Shown here: positions 56,531 to 64,000 of the stretch, in pieces
Layout: each line of letters opens with the position of its first letter
How positions within the stretch are numbered: the first letter of the stretch is position 1
Assembly (NCBI GenBank): GCA_045631965.1
Contig: JAZQVR010000010.1
Coordinates: forward strand, 1 to 64,000
DNA length: 64,000 nt
Source of the DNA: Acutalibacteraceae bacterium
GTDB taxonomy: Bacteria; Bacillota; Clostridia; Oscillospirales; Acutalibacteraceae
Direction: 5' to 3'
Notes under the pieces: model-generated
Told to the model about the DNA's origin: nothing
Seen by the model: only the letters and a program-made list of their open reading frames with translations
Database searches by the model: none
Translations under genes and position numbers: made by a program

Positions 56531-57936
56531 TCCAAAAGCTTTTTTTCGTCTGTTTTACCGTTAACGGTAAGCGGAATCGAATCCACAACCCTTATCTCAG
56601 GCAACATATATGCAGGCAATATATCGCTGAGCTTTTCCGCAAGTGATTCAAGGTTTGAATTTTGTTTCAGCTGAACAAAAGCAAAAATTCTTCTCACAGC
56701 ACCCTTGCTGTTTTTAAGAGCACAAACCTTGCAGTTAACGCACTCATTCATAGATAAAATAACGTTTTCAATTTCCTTTAACTCTATACGGTAGCCTTTA
56801 TATTTAATCTGTGTATCGTTTCTGCCAAGGCAATAAAAGCAGCCGTCAATACACACACCGATATCGCCCGTAGCATACGCACTCTGACCCTTGAACTCAA
56901 AAAATCTGTTTGAATTAAGTGACGAATTCACATAGCCTGCTCCGACGCTTGTACCTGCAATTATTATTTCGCCTGTCTGACCATTGGGCTGCTCGTTAAA
57001 ATCGCCGTCAACAATATAAAGCTCGGTATCAACTTTCGGATAACCGATCGGCACATCCGTTTGCTTATCATCATTTATGCGTATTGCCGTAACGGCAAAG
57101 GTACACTCTGTAGGTCCGTAGCAATTAATTATTTCTATTCCGGGGAAAGCCTTCATAAGCTTTGAAACCGTACGCTTACCGAGAGACTCTCCGCAAAAAA
57201 TTACGGTTTTTAATTTTGGCAGCAGCTCGCTGCTGAACGAGTTGTCAAGCAGAAGATAATCGGCGAATGACGGAGTAAACACGGCGGCGTCAGCACCCGA
57301 AAGCGAGAGCCGCTCAAAAAGCTGCCGATAATCGCTTTGCACATATTTCGGCAAAACAAAATGCGTGCTCCTGCTGACCAGCGAAAGATACAAATCCGCA
57401 ACCGACAAATCAAAAGAGAAGTTTGCCTGATTCAGAATCACGCCGTCGGTTTTGCTCCACAGCTGTTCAAGCCAGCTCACACAGCTTTTAAGATTACGGT
57501 ACAGTATCTTTACGCCCTTCGGCTCACCTGTACTGCCTGAGGTGAAAATTATATAGTACACATCGTTGTCGTGCATAAGAATCTTATCGATATCTCCGAC
57601 GGCGGAATTTTGCATTACCGAACAGATGCTGCCGTCTATTACAACACCGGGCTCAGCCTGACGCAGTATATTCTCTACCCTACCCTTGGGCAACGAAGCA
57701 TCAATCGGAACATAAGCCATACCTGCAAACGAACACGCAAGGAAGCAAGCAAGCATAAAAACTTCTTTATGGCCTATAACTGCAACAGGTTTTTTGTCGG
57801 GATTATTATCCAGCAAATAGTGATAAAGATTGCACACATATCCGTACATCTCTTTGTTGGTGCAGCTATATACACCGTCGTTCAGGCATATGTATTCTTT
57901 TTCACTTTTTAAATTTTCAAGTATCTTCTCCAGCAT
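56518..57936 (-). CDS. AMP-dependent ligase of the DltA-like type (carrier-protein ligase)
   Basis: AMP-binding core IIFTSGSTGEPKGV plus ATGDIG, G(Y)R..LKEIE and K motifs. 472 aa without condensation domains. Confidence 0.75.
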   Translation of the reverse strand: MLEKILENLKSEKEYICLNDGVYSCTNKEMYGYVCNLYHYLLDNNPDKKPVAVIGHKEVFMLACFLACSFAGMAYVPIDASLPKGRVENILRQAEPGVVIDGSICSVMQNSAVGDIDKILMHDNDVYYIIFTSGSTGEPKGVKILYRNLKSCVSWLEQLWSKTDGVILNQANFSFDLSVADLYLSLVSRSTHFVLPKYVQSDYRQLFERLSLSGADAAVFTPSFADYLLLDNSFSSELLPKLKTVIFCGESLGKRTVSKLMKAFPGIEIINCYGPTECTFAVTAIRINDDKQTDVPIGYPKVDTELYIVDGDFNEQPNGQTGEIIIAGTSVGAGYVNSSLNSNRFFEFKGQSAYATGDIGVCIDGCFYCLGRNDTQIKYKGYRIELKEIENVILSMNECVNCKVCALKNSKGAVRRIFAFVQLKQNSNLESLAEKLSDILPAYMLPEIRVVDSIPLTVNGKTDEKKLLECYV

Positions 57937-58768
57937 CGGCTCTTTCCCTTATCTCATCTTCGGGTATCAATGAATAATCATACATTACCTTGGAGTGATT
58001 TTTAAGTATCAGCTCGCGGTTTATTTCTTCACCCGTCTGTCTGTTTTTTATAACACGATAAATAAGGCTGTTTCTGTAAAATATACCATTTTCATCCTTG
58101 GCGTAGTGGTGTCCCTCTTCAAAAATTCTGTACTTAAGGTCAAGGGGCTTACAGGCACGCAGCTCACCGCAGAGCATATTATCATCAACCCATACCCTGA
58201 GCTGAACAGGTGTATCCGTTGTGTTTTTGAAGCGATAATCCAACGCCTTATAGCATATCGACGTGCCCGTACCGAATGGCACGCGGCGCTTTGCATCAGG
58301 AAAAAGAGCATCGGAATGGTGATGAAGCTCACTTACCTCAAGCGGAGAGTGCAAAACCAGCCAATGAACCATATTTGCCATCTGGCAGACACCGCCTCCG
58401 ACACCTTTTTTCAGTTGGCTGTTGCTTATAACCAAGCCTTCAAGATAACCCTTGCTCGCAGAAGGTGCTCCGACAAGATTCCAGAACGAAAATTCTTCAC
58501 CCGGTGCTACAACAATTCCGTCAAGCTTTTTTGAAACAATTTCGAGGTTTGTTTTTTTATTTATCTGAAGTTGCATATCAACACCGTGAAGCTCTCTGAG
58601 TATAACACGTGTATCGCCCTTCCATATGTGCTCGAAATTGTTTTTATCAAAGGTCTTTGCAAATTTTTTGCCTTGAGAAAAATCCTTGATATCTTTTTTC
58701 AAGCGTTCTTTAAATAAAGATATCTTGTAACATACCGGGCCATATTCGCAGAATAATTTCCTTGCCAT
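57917..58768 (-). CDS. VanW-family protein
   Basis: The segments YKALDYRFKNTTDTPVQLRVWVDD match VanW domain character. Weak-to-moderate. Confidence 0.5.
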   Translation of the reverse strand: MARKLFCEYGPVCYKISLFKERLKKDIKDFSQGKKFAKTFDKNNFEHIWKGDTRVILRELHGVDMQLQINKKTNLEIVSKKLDGIVVAPGEEFSFWNLVGAPSASKGYLEGLVISNSQLKKGVGGGVCQMANMVHWLVLHSPLEVSELHHHSDALFPDAKRRVPFGTGTSICYKALDYRFKNTTDTPVQLRVWVDDNMLCGELRACKPLDLKYRIFEEGHHYAKDENGIFYRNSLIYRVIKNRQTGEEINRELILKNHSKVMYDYSLIPEDEIRERADAGEDT

Positions 58769-58890
58769 TAAACCCCCACCTTAATAATTCTATTTAACAT
58801 AATACCGATAAAAAAGTCAATCCGAAATTCATATTACGAGATGTATCGGCAGCATTTTTCAATCCGCCTGACAGGGTTATCAGGTCAACC

Positions 58891-60123
58891 CTATGTGGTT
58901 GCCCGCTGACTATCATTTTTCCTTTTCGTCTTTATCGTTGCGGCATAGGCACTGTTGCAAAGGCCGAGCACTGCGGAAATTACAAACAGCAGCTCCATAC
59001 CGAGGGTCTGCCAAATCCAGCCGCCGAAGAGGGCGATAAAAACGGTAATGACGTGGTTAATCGAGACGCCTGTTGAAATTGTTGCCTTAACCTCTTCCTG
59101 GTTATCGGCAAGGTCCTGCACATAGACGTTGGATGCCATTGATGCAAGGGAAATAACGGCATCGAGCACATATGCACAGCAACAGATTACAAACGCGACA
59201 TCGTGAGAGAAAAAGCGGTGAGCAAAGCCGTAGGCAAAGCAGACAGCAACCAGAATGATGGTATCCGTAATCATAACAATTTTGTAGCCGATACGGTCAA
59301 TAATCCTGCCGACAACAGGCGAAGCAAAGAAGCAGGTTACAGCCGAAATTGCAAACAGCAGGCTAATCATTGCAGCATCTGCCTTATAAAACAGAATCAG
59401 CACATAAGGGCCGAAGGTGAAAAACACCTGCTTGCGTGCACCGTAGAACATTTCAAGCATATAGTACTTTTTGTACTTCTTATGGAAATAGAAGCGGCGC
59501 TTTGTCGAATCCGTTTCGCTCTTACCCGTAATACGGAACGAAAATATAACACTGACAGCCGCAAGCACTGCCGCAACGGCAAAGAAAAGCTTATATGTAC
59601 CGACACCGCCTGCAAGAGCAGAGAAAGCAACAACAACGGCGATATAACCGACAAGCGTGCCAATCTGGCTTGCCGAATTCTGTGCACCGAGTGCGGCGCC
59701 GCCATGCCCGGAGCGCGCATACTTGAGCGAGAGAGTATTTTTCATACCGATCTGAATATGCTCACCAAGAGAATACATTGTAATAGAGAGAATCACGAGC
59801 ACTTTACCCGGCGGCAGAATTGCCATCATACCCATACCTGCAAGCAGGCAAACCGCACCTGCCTTATACATAGTTTCGGCAGAGAGCATATAGAAAAGAG
59901 CCAAAATCAGCACAAGTATAACACCGGGTATCTCGCGGAAGAACTCCGCTATGCCTCTCTCCATTTCACCAAGACCGACAATCTCAGCAAAATAGTTATC
60001 CAGCATACCCTTGTAAAGTCCGTAGGAAAGACCTGTTACAAGGATTGAGAGTAAAAGAAATTTATAGTTTTTGCCTTCAAGAAAGGTTTCTTTGAAGCGT
60101 GGAATTAGCCCTGATTTTTTCAT
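58891..60123 (-). CDS. MFS transporter
   Basis: 12 predicted TM helices, 410 aa, MFS-like loop between TM2 and TM3. Confidence 0.65.
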   Translation of the reverse strand: MKKSGLIPRFKETFLEGKNYKFLLLSILVTGLSYGLYKGMLDNYFAEIVGLGEMERGIAEFFREIPGVILVLILALFYMLSAETMYKAGAVCLLAGMGMMAILPPGKVLVILSITMYSLGEHIQIGMKNTLSLKYARSGHGGAALGAQNSASQIGTLVGYIAVVVAFSALAGGVGTYKLFFAVAAVLAAVSVIFSFRITGKSETDSTKRRFYFHKKYKKYYMLEMFYGARKQVFFTFGPYVLILFYKADAAMISLLFAISAVTCFFASPVVGRIIDRIGYKIVMITDTIILVAVCFAYGFAHRFFSHDVAFVICCCAYVLDAVISLASMASNVYVQDLADNQEEVKATISTGVSINHVITVFIALFGGWIWQTLGMELLFVISAVLGLCNSAYAATIKTKRKNDSQRATT

Positions 60124-60140
60124 TATTTCAGCTCCGATTT

Positions 60141-60857
60141 TTAATTACAGTAATACATAATACTCAGCGCAAACAATGCCTGCGCAGGGAAATATGTAAC
60201 GTTGACAAGCCACTTTGTCATTCGCTCAAAGAACACGTGCGGAGGTGTGCCGAACATACTGATTGCAAGGCTTGTATCCGAAGCGATAAAAAGTGCACTT
60301 GCACCAAGCAGGCAGATAGCCATAGGATAATCGCCGTTGACGAACAGCACCATTCCCCTTGCAAACGAAACGATAAACGAAGCTAAAAGCACCAACGCAT
60401 AAGGAATCATCCATTTGAATTTGCCGTGAAACCTTATTTTATTGAGCAGCACAACAACCGCACTCATAAAGGCCATAAATGCGGTGAGGCCGACAATCTG
60501 ACCGAGATAGGGTGAAGCAAAAATTGAAGATTTGAAGCCTGTAATAAAATTGAGAATATACAGGATATGACCTGCGCCAAAGAAAAGTGCACCCCAGAGG
60601 AAATACTTACGCTCCATATAATCGAGGAAGAAATCGCCGAGTGCGCCGAGAAGAAGACCGCCGAGCATAAACGCCGCATAAGAACTAAAGCCTACGGCAG
60701 CTACACTGCACACACCTGCAAGCACAAAGCAGAGCGAGCAAAGCATTTTTGCCGCAAGAGCTCGTTTAGAAAAGTACGGAATTTTACCTATAAAAAGCGT
60801 TGCCGTACCGGCAAAGCCTACAAAAACAAATGCCGCAATTTTAAATAACATTGTCAA
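60141..60857 (-). CDS. YhhN-like polytopic membrane protein (putative lysoplasmalogenase family)
   Basis: 238 aa, ~8 TM helices. Weak resemblance only. Confidence 0.35.
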   Translation of the reverse strand: MTMLFKIAAFVFVGFAGTATLFIGKIPYFSKRALAAKMLCSLCFVLAGVCSVAAVGFSSYAAFMLGGLLLGALGDFFLDYMERKYFLWGALFFGAGHILYILNFITGFKSSIFASPYLGQIVGLTAFMAFMSAVVVLLNKIRFHGKFKWMIPYALVLLASFIVSFARGMVLFVNGDYPMAICLLGASALFIASDTSLAISMFGTPPHVFFERMTKWLVNVTYFPAQALFALSIMYYCN

Positions 60858-60900
60858 CCGCTCCGTTTCTTATCATTTATGACCGATGACTGTAAACATA

Positions 60901-61575
60901 TCAATTACCAATTCTTCCATCGATATCCCAAAGTTTCGCACCTTTGTATGTAAAGTAGTCCGGGCCACAAACGCCGTTATCTTTTCCCAGACATTTTTTA
61001 GCAACGCCTGTTAAATACATTATCTCGCCGTTAAACTTTACTTTTCTATCGTCAACAACCTCACAGGTTATCGAGGGATCCAGACGATATTGTAAAATTG
61101 CTCCAACGGGAATTTGCCACTCTGAAAATGTAAAATTGTTGGCACGAGTTCTGCTTTCCTTTTCGATATCTTGAGCTTCCCGTTCCTCGACCTGTTCTGC
61201 ACTTGTAGGACACCAAAGCTTTAATCTGTCTGTAAATCCGTGCATTTCTGCAATAGCTTCAAGAATTTTGTATGCTTTTTCAGGCTCCATAGCGTAAAAT
61301 TCACGTTCTCGCTTTTTACCATTGACATTTTCTACAGTACGTAAATCAGGATTTAATCTATCAATAATTGAATGAACATTCTTGTCAGATAACCTTGAAG
61401 TTACGGCATATGTAGCATATATACGGAAAGAGAATGGAACGCATTCGCTTCGATTAAGCTCTTTCAAACGTCTTTCAACATCATCAGCATATCCGATTTT
61501 TACATATTCTTTAAAAGATGGGTTTGTCAAAATATAAATTACACCTTTTATATCCGTAATGGAATTTGAATTCAT
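60901..61575 (-). CDS. GIY-YIG nuclease-fold protein of the T5orf172/DUF4357 type
   Basis: N-terminal GVIYILTNPSFKEYVKIGYADDVERRLKELN matches T5orf172-type GIY-YIG. Start at ATG 61575, which has the RBS GAGGAG. Confidence 0.6.
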   Translation of the reverse strand: MNSNSITDIKGVIYILTNPSFKEYVKIGYADDVERRLKELNRSECVPFSFRIYATYAVTSRLSDKNVHSIIDRLNPDLRTVENVNGKKREREFYAMEPEKAYKILEAIAEMHGFTDRLKLWCPTSAEQVEEREAQDIEKESRTRANNFTFSEWQIPVGAILQYRLDPSITCEVVDDRKVKFNGEIMYLTGVAKKCLGKDNGVCGPDYFTYKGAKLWDIDGRIGN

Positions 61576-61576
61576 T

Positions 61577-61942
61577 TTATTTTTCTCCTCGTAGATTTTC
61601 TTTCGCGGTGGTAATAGACTTAACAAGCATACGACGAATAACGCCACATTCTTGTAAAAGCTCCTTGGACACTTGTTCGCTTACAGCGTTTGAGCCGACA
61701 AGTATTTCAATCCAATATTCCGTTTCACTACATTCTTTTAAGGCGATATGGAATTTATTTATAAAATCAGCCTTACTCACGGCATAATTAGCTTCGTGTA
61801 TATTGGCACCGATTGAGGTTGCACTTCTTATAATTTGATTTACAATCACACCTCTGCCTTTACGAGTATCAACCTTATCACAGACGGAGATTATGTGCAA
61901 TGCAAAAGCTTTTGCTCTTGTACGAAGTTCGGAATCTTTCAT
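61577..61942 (-). CDS. Four-helix-bundle protein (the family often annotated '23S rRNA intervening sequence protein')
   Basis: 121 aa. The segments RSATSIGANIHEA ... ECSETEYWIEIL are characteristic of this family. Confidence 0.6.
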   Translation of the reverse strand: MKDSELRTRAKAFALHIISVCDKVDTRKGRGVIVNQIIRSATSIGANIHEANYAVSKADFINKFHIALKECSETEYWIEILVGSNAVSEQVSKELLQECGVIRRMLVKSITTAKENLRGEK

Positions 61943-62152
61943 ATTTTTCTCCTTTAAAATATTGGTGAAGTTTTGCTTGTTTCACTCGCAAAGTGAAGTT
62001 TCTCACTTTGTTCGTAGTGAAGTTACTCACTACGCTCACAGTGAAGTTAAGTTCGCCCAAAGATTACTCTCACTTGCGCCGTTTACGGCGCAAACTTCAC
62101 TTCGCTGTAATCGAAACTTCACTGCTTGCAACTTCACTCGCCGCAGGCGAAC
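61943..62152. repeat. Inverted-repeat array: AGTGAAGTT x4 on one arm, AACTTCAC(T) x4 on the other, around a central GC hairpin (gcgccgtttacggcgc)
   Basis: Direct inspection of the intergenic region between rlmD and the four-helix-bundle gene. Confidence 0.7.
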
Positions 62153-63325
62153 TTAATTATCGAAAGTTCGTTTGAGACACACGACCATTTCACAATGAAG
62201 TGTGAACGGAAACATATCCACAGGCCGCATCTTCTTAACCTCATAGCCGTTATTAACGAGATAGCGTAAATCACGCTCCAAAGTTTCTGGGTTACAAGAA
62301 ATATATACAACTCTCTCAGGATTAAGAGTGACAACGCTTGAAAGGAAACGTTTATCGCTGCCTGCACGGGGAGGATCCATAAAAACAACATCCGCTTTCT
62401 CCCCTGCCTGAGCCATATCACGCATAAACTCGCCTGCATCGGCACAGATGAAGCGGATATTATCGGCATTGTTGCGTGCGGCATTGGACTTGGCATCACG
62501 CACTGCAGAGGCGTTAAGCTCCGCACCGATAACTTCGCCTGCTTTTTTAGCGGCAATTATACCGATAGTGCCCGTACCGCAGTAAGCATCGATAACCTTT
62601 TCTTTACCCGTAAGCCCTGCATACTCAATTGCGAGAGAATACAGCTTCTCTGTCTGGGCAGGGTTTACCTGATAAAACGACTGCGGAGAAATACGGAAGG
62701 TACAGCCGCAAAGGCTGTCCTCAATATAACCGTCGCCGTAAATCGTTTTATTTATATCACCAAGCACAAGGTTGGTGTGCTTTGAATTTATATTCTGTAC
62801 AACGGTTGTGATTTCGGGGTGAGCCTTGAGCAGTGCACCTACAAAGTTATTCTTTGACGGAAAAACACTGCTTGCAGTGACAAGCACAACAAGAATCTGA
62901 CCGCTGTTATATCCTTTTCTTATAAGAACATGGCGCAGAAAGCCTACGCCCGTATCTTCGTTATACGGACGAAGCCTGAATTTTGACAGAAGAGTGCGAA
63001 TTGTGACGATTATTTCGTCAGCTTTTTCATCCTCTATCATACAGCTGTCAACATTTACGATACGGTGGCTGCTGCTCTGGTAGACACCCGAAATAATCTT
63101 ACCGCCGCGTGTAGTGCCGAAAGCCGCCTGTACCTTACAGCGATAGTGATACGGATTCTCCATACCGACTATTTTGCCGACTCTGCCGAATCTGCCGAGC
63201 AGCTTTTCAACCTTTGCCTGCTTGAATTTAAGCTGACGCGGGTAATCCATATTCTGCAGCTGACATCCGCCGCATTTTTTTGCAAGAGCACAACGCTTTG
63301 TTTCCTGCAAGGCTTTTTCCTCCAA
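62153..63325 (-). CDS. rlmD: 23S rRNA (uracil-C5)-methyltransferase RlmD/RumA-like (TRAM domain plus SAM methyltransferase)
   Basis: N-terminal Fe-S cysteine cluster in the TRAM region (CGGCQLQ), SAM-binding motifs DAYCGTGTIG and DPPRAG, conserved C-terminal Cys. Confidence 0.8.
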   Translation of the reverse strand: MEEKALQETKRCALAKKCGGCQLQNMDYPRQLKFKQAKVEKLLGRFGRVGKIVGMENPYHYRCKVQAAFGTTRGGKIISGVYQSSSHRIVNVDSCMIEDEKADEIIVTIRTLLSKFRLRPYNEDTGVGFLRHVLIRKGYNSGQILVVLVTASSVFPSKNNFVGALLKAHPEITTVVQNINSKHTNLVLGDINKTIYGDGYIEDSLCGCTFRISPQSFYQVNPAQTEKLYSLAIEYAGLTGKEKVIDAYCGTGTIGIIAAKKAGEVIGAELNASAVRDAKSNAARNNADNIRFICADAGEFMRDMAQAGEKADVVFMDPPRAGSDKRFLSSVVTLNPERVVYISCNPETLERDLRYLVNNGYEVKKMRPVDMFPFTLHCEMVVCLKRTFDN

Positions 63326-63330
63326 AAATT

Positions 63331-64000
63331 TTATAGTCCGAGCAGATGCTTCGCATTGAGCGAAAGTATCTGCTCTTTTTCATTATCATCAATAGGAAGT
63401 GAACGAAGAATTGCAATTTCTTTTGATGCGTTACTCCACGGTGAATCAGAGCCGAAGAGAATCTTATCAGCACCGTGATTCTTTACTATTCTCAAAAACT
63501 GCTCCAACGGGAAGCATTCAAAGCCCATCGAAGTATCGAGATAAACATCTCTGCCTACAAGGTAATGCTCAACCTCATCCCACATAGCGTGACCGCCAAG
63601 GTGTGCAACAACAAACACACCGCCCTGCATTTCGTCGAGCATTTTGGCAAAACGCTCGGGCGTTGACTTGAAAGGCTCGGGCATACCCGGGTCAAAGCCG
63701 CCGTGATGAAGAATTATCAAACCTTTTGAAAAAGCATAGTCGTAAATACGGAGCATACGCAATTCATCGGGATAAAACCCCTGATACTCCGCGTGGAGCT
63801 TGATACCTTTGAGTCCGAGTGACGCCACAAGGTCAATATCACGCTTATAGTCATCCGTATCGGGGTGAATACCGCCGAATGCAACAATCCTCTCACCTAC
63901 AGCCTGAGCCGACCAGGTGTTGGTCGTAACGGTCTGTGACGGCTTGGTGATGACAGGCTGAATAACGCTTATATCTACGCCCCACATATCCATATGCTCA
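63331..64000 (-). CDS. Amidohydrolase-2 family metal-dependent TIM-barrel hydrolase (partial; N-terminus beyond window end)
   Basis: The ORF is open to the window edge. Metal-binding His/Asp pattern (HHGG ... HLGGH ... DSPW). Confidence 0.5.
   Translation of the reverse strand, partial: EHMDMWGVDISVIQPVITKPSQTVTTNTWSAQAVGERIVAFGGIHPDTDDYKRDIDLVASLGLKGIKLHAEYQGFYPDELRMLRIYDYAFSKGLIILHHGGFDPGMPEPFKSTPERFAKMLDEMQGGVFVVAHLGGHAMWDEVEHYLVGRDVYLDTSMGFECFPLEQFLRIVKNHGADKILFGSDSPWSNASKEIAILRSLPIDDNEKEQILSLNAKHLLGL

Noticed and set aside
60901-61942. Prophage or integrative element carrying the GIY-YIG gene
   Set aside because: There is no integrase, recombinase, terminase or structural genes, and the flanking genes are chromosomal housekeeping. 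At most a small selfish cassette (see finding).
61577-61942. An rRNA operon nearby, implied by the '23S rRNA intervening sequence protein' family
   Set aside because: No rRNA-like sequence exists anywhere in the window. This four-helix-bundle gene is free-standing.
1-64000. tRNA, rRNA, CRISPR, IS elements and transposases
   Set aside because: Scanning both strands found no T-loop/acceptor-stem-like structures with flanking conserved GTTCGA boxes, no rRNA-like conserved stretches, no spaced repeat arrays, and no DDE or serine/tyrosine recombinase-like ORFs.

Overview
64 kb of a low-to-moderate GC (~45%) anaerobic, spore-forming Firmicute chromosome (Clostridia-like: partial spoVT, desulfoferrodoxin, AbrB-type regulators, Gram-positive lipoproteins). 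Most genes are on the minus strand. No rRNA, tRNA, CRISPR array, transposase or integrase was found. The window has four parts. (1) 0-2.3 kb: a partial spoVT, a transglutaminase-like lipoprotein and a short, possibly degenerate AbrB-family paralog. (2) 2.5-12.8 kb: a complete Tad/Flp pilus operon on the minus strand: prepilin peptidase, two tandem flp pilin genes, tadE, cpaB, tadZ, tadA/cpaF, tadB, tadC, DUF192, a DivIVA-domain coiled-coil protein and a large TadG-like protein. A LuxR-type regulator is divergently transcribed from a 490-bp AT-rich control region. (3) 14.7-33 kb: an unusual island of unknown function rich in zinc-ribbon proteins, built from converging operons. It encodes a YdjI-type SPFH protein fused to about five Zn-ribbons plus a membrane protein, and a divergent TM2-domain Zn-ribbon protein. 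A long plus-strand operon follows: DUF1294, an Hsp70-like NBD ATPase, a 610-aa coiled-coil protein, a Zn-ribbon protein, two large unknown helical proteins, a 245-aa basic-N/acidic-C helical protein, a MIT-like + Vps4/katanin-clade AAA+ ATPase and a degenerate pseudo-AAA paralog. It converges on a minus-strand operon: two Zn-ribbon membrane proteins, a TerY-like vWA protein, a PP2C phosphatase, a Ser/Thr kinase and a double-Zn-ribbon protein. I interpret this as a candidate, apparently undescribed, membrane-remodelling/stress (ESCRT-III/Vps4-like plus Psp/SPFH-like) system coupled to a TerY-P phospho-signalling triad. (4) 33-64 kb: ordinary mixed housekeeping and accessory genes. These are a HAD hydrolase, an LCP-family protein, a proline-repeat membrane protein with 18-bp in-frame tandem repeats, an LRR(BspA) surface protein, a ZIP transporter, dfx, NUDIX, MBL-fold hydrolase, RACo-like Fe-S ASKHA protein, a heterodimeric ABC exporter pair, a Dgt-like dGTPase, glycoside-hydrolase-like and ceramidase-like secreted enzymes, a DltA/DltC-like ligase-carrier pair with VanW, an MFS transporter, and a GIY-YIG(T5orf172) + four-helix-bundle gene pair next to a 210-bp inverted-repeat array, followed by rlmD and a partial amidohydrolase. 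All functional calls come from reading motifs in the supplied translations and sequence. No database searches were run.
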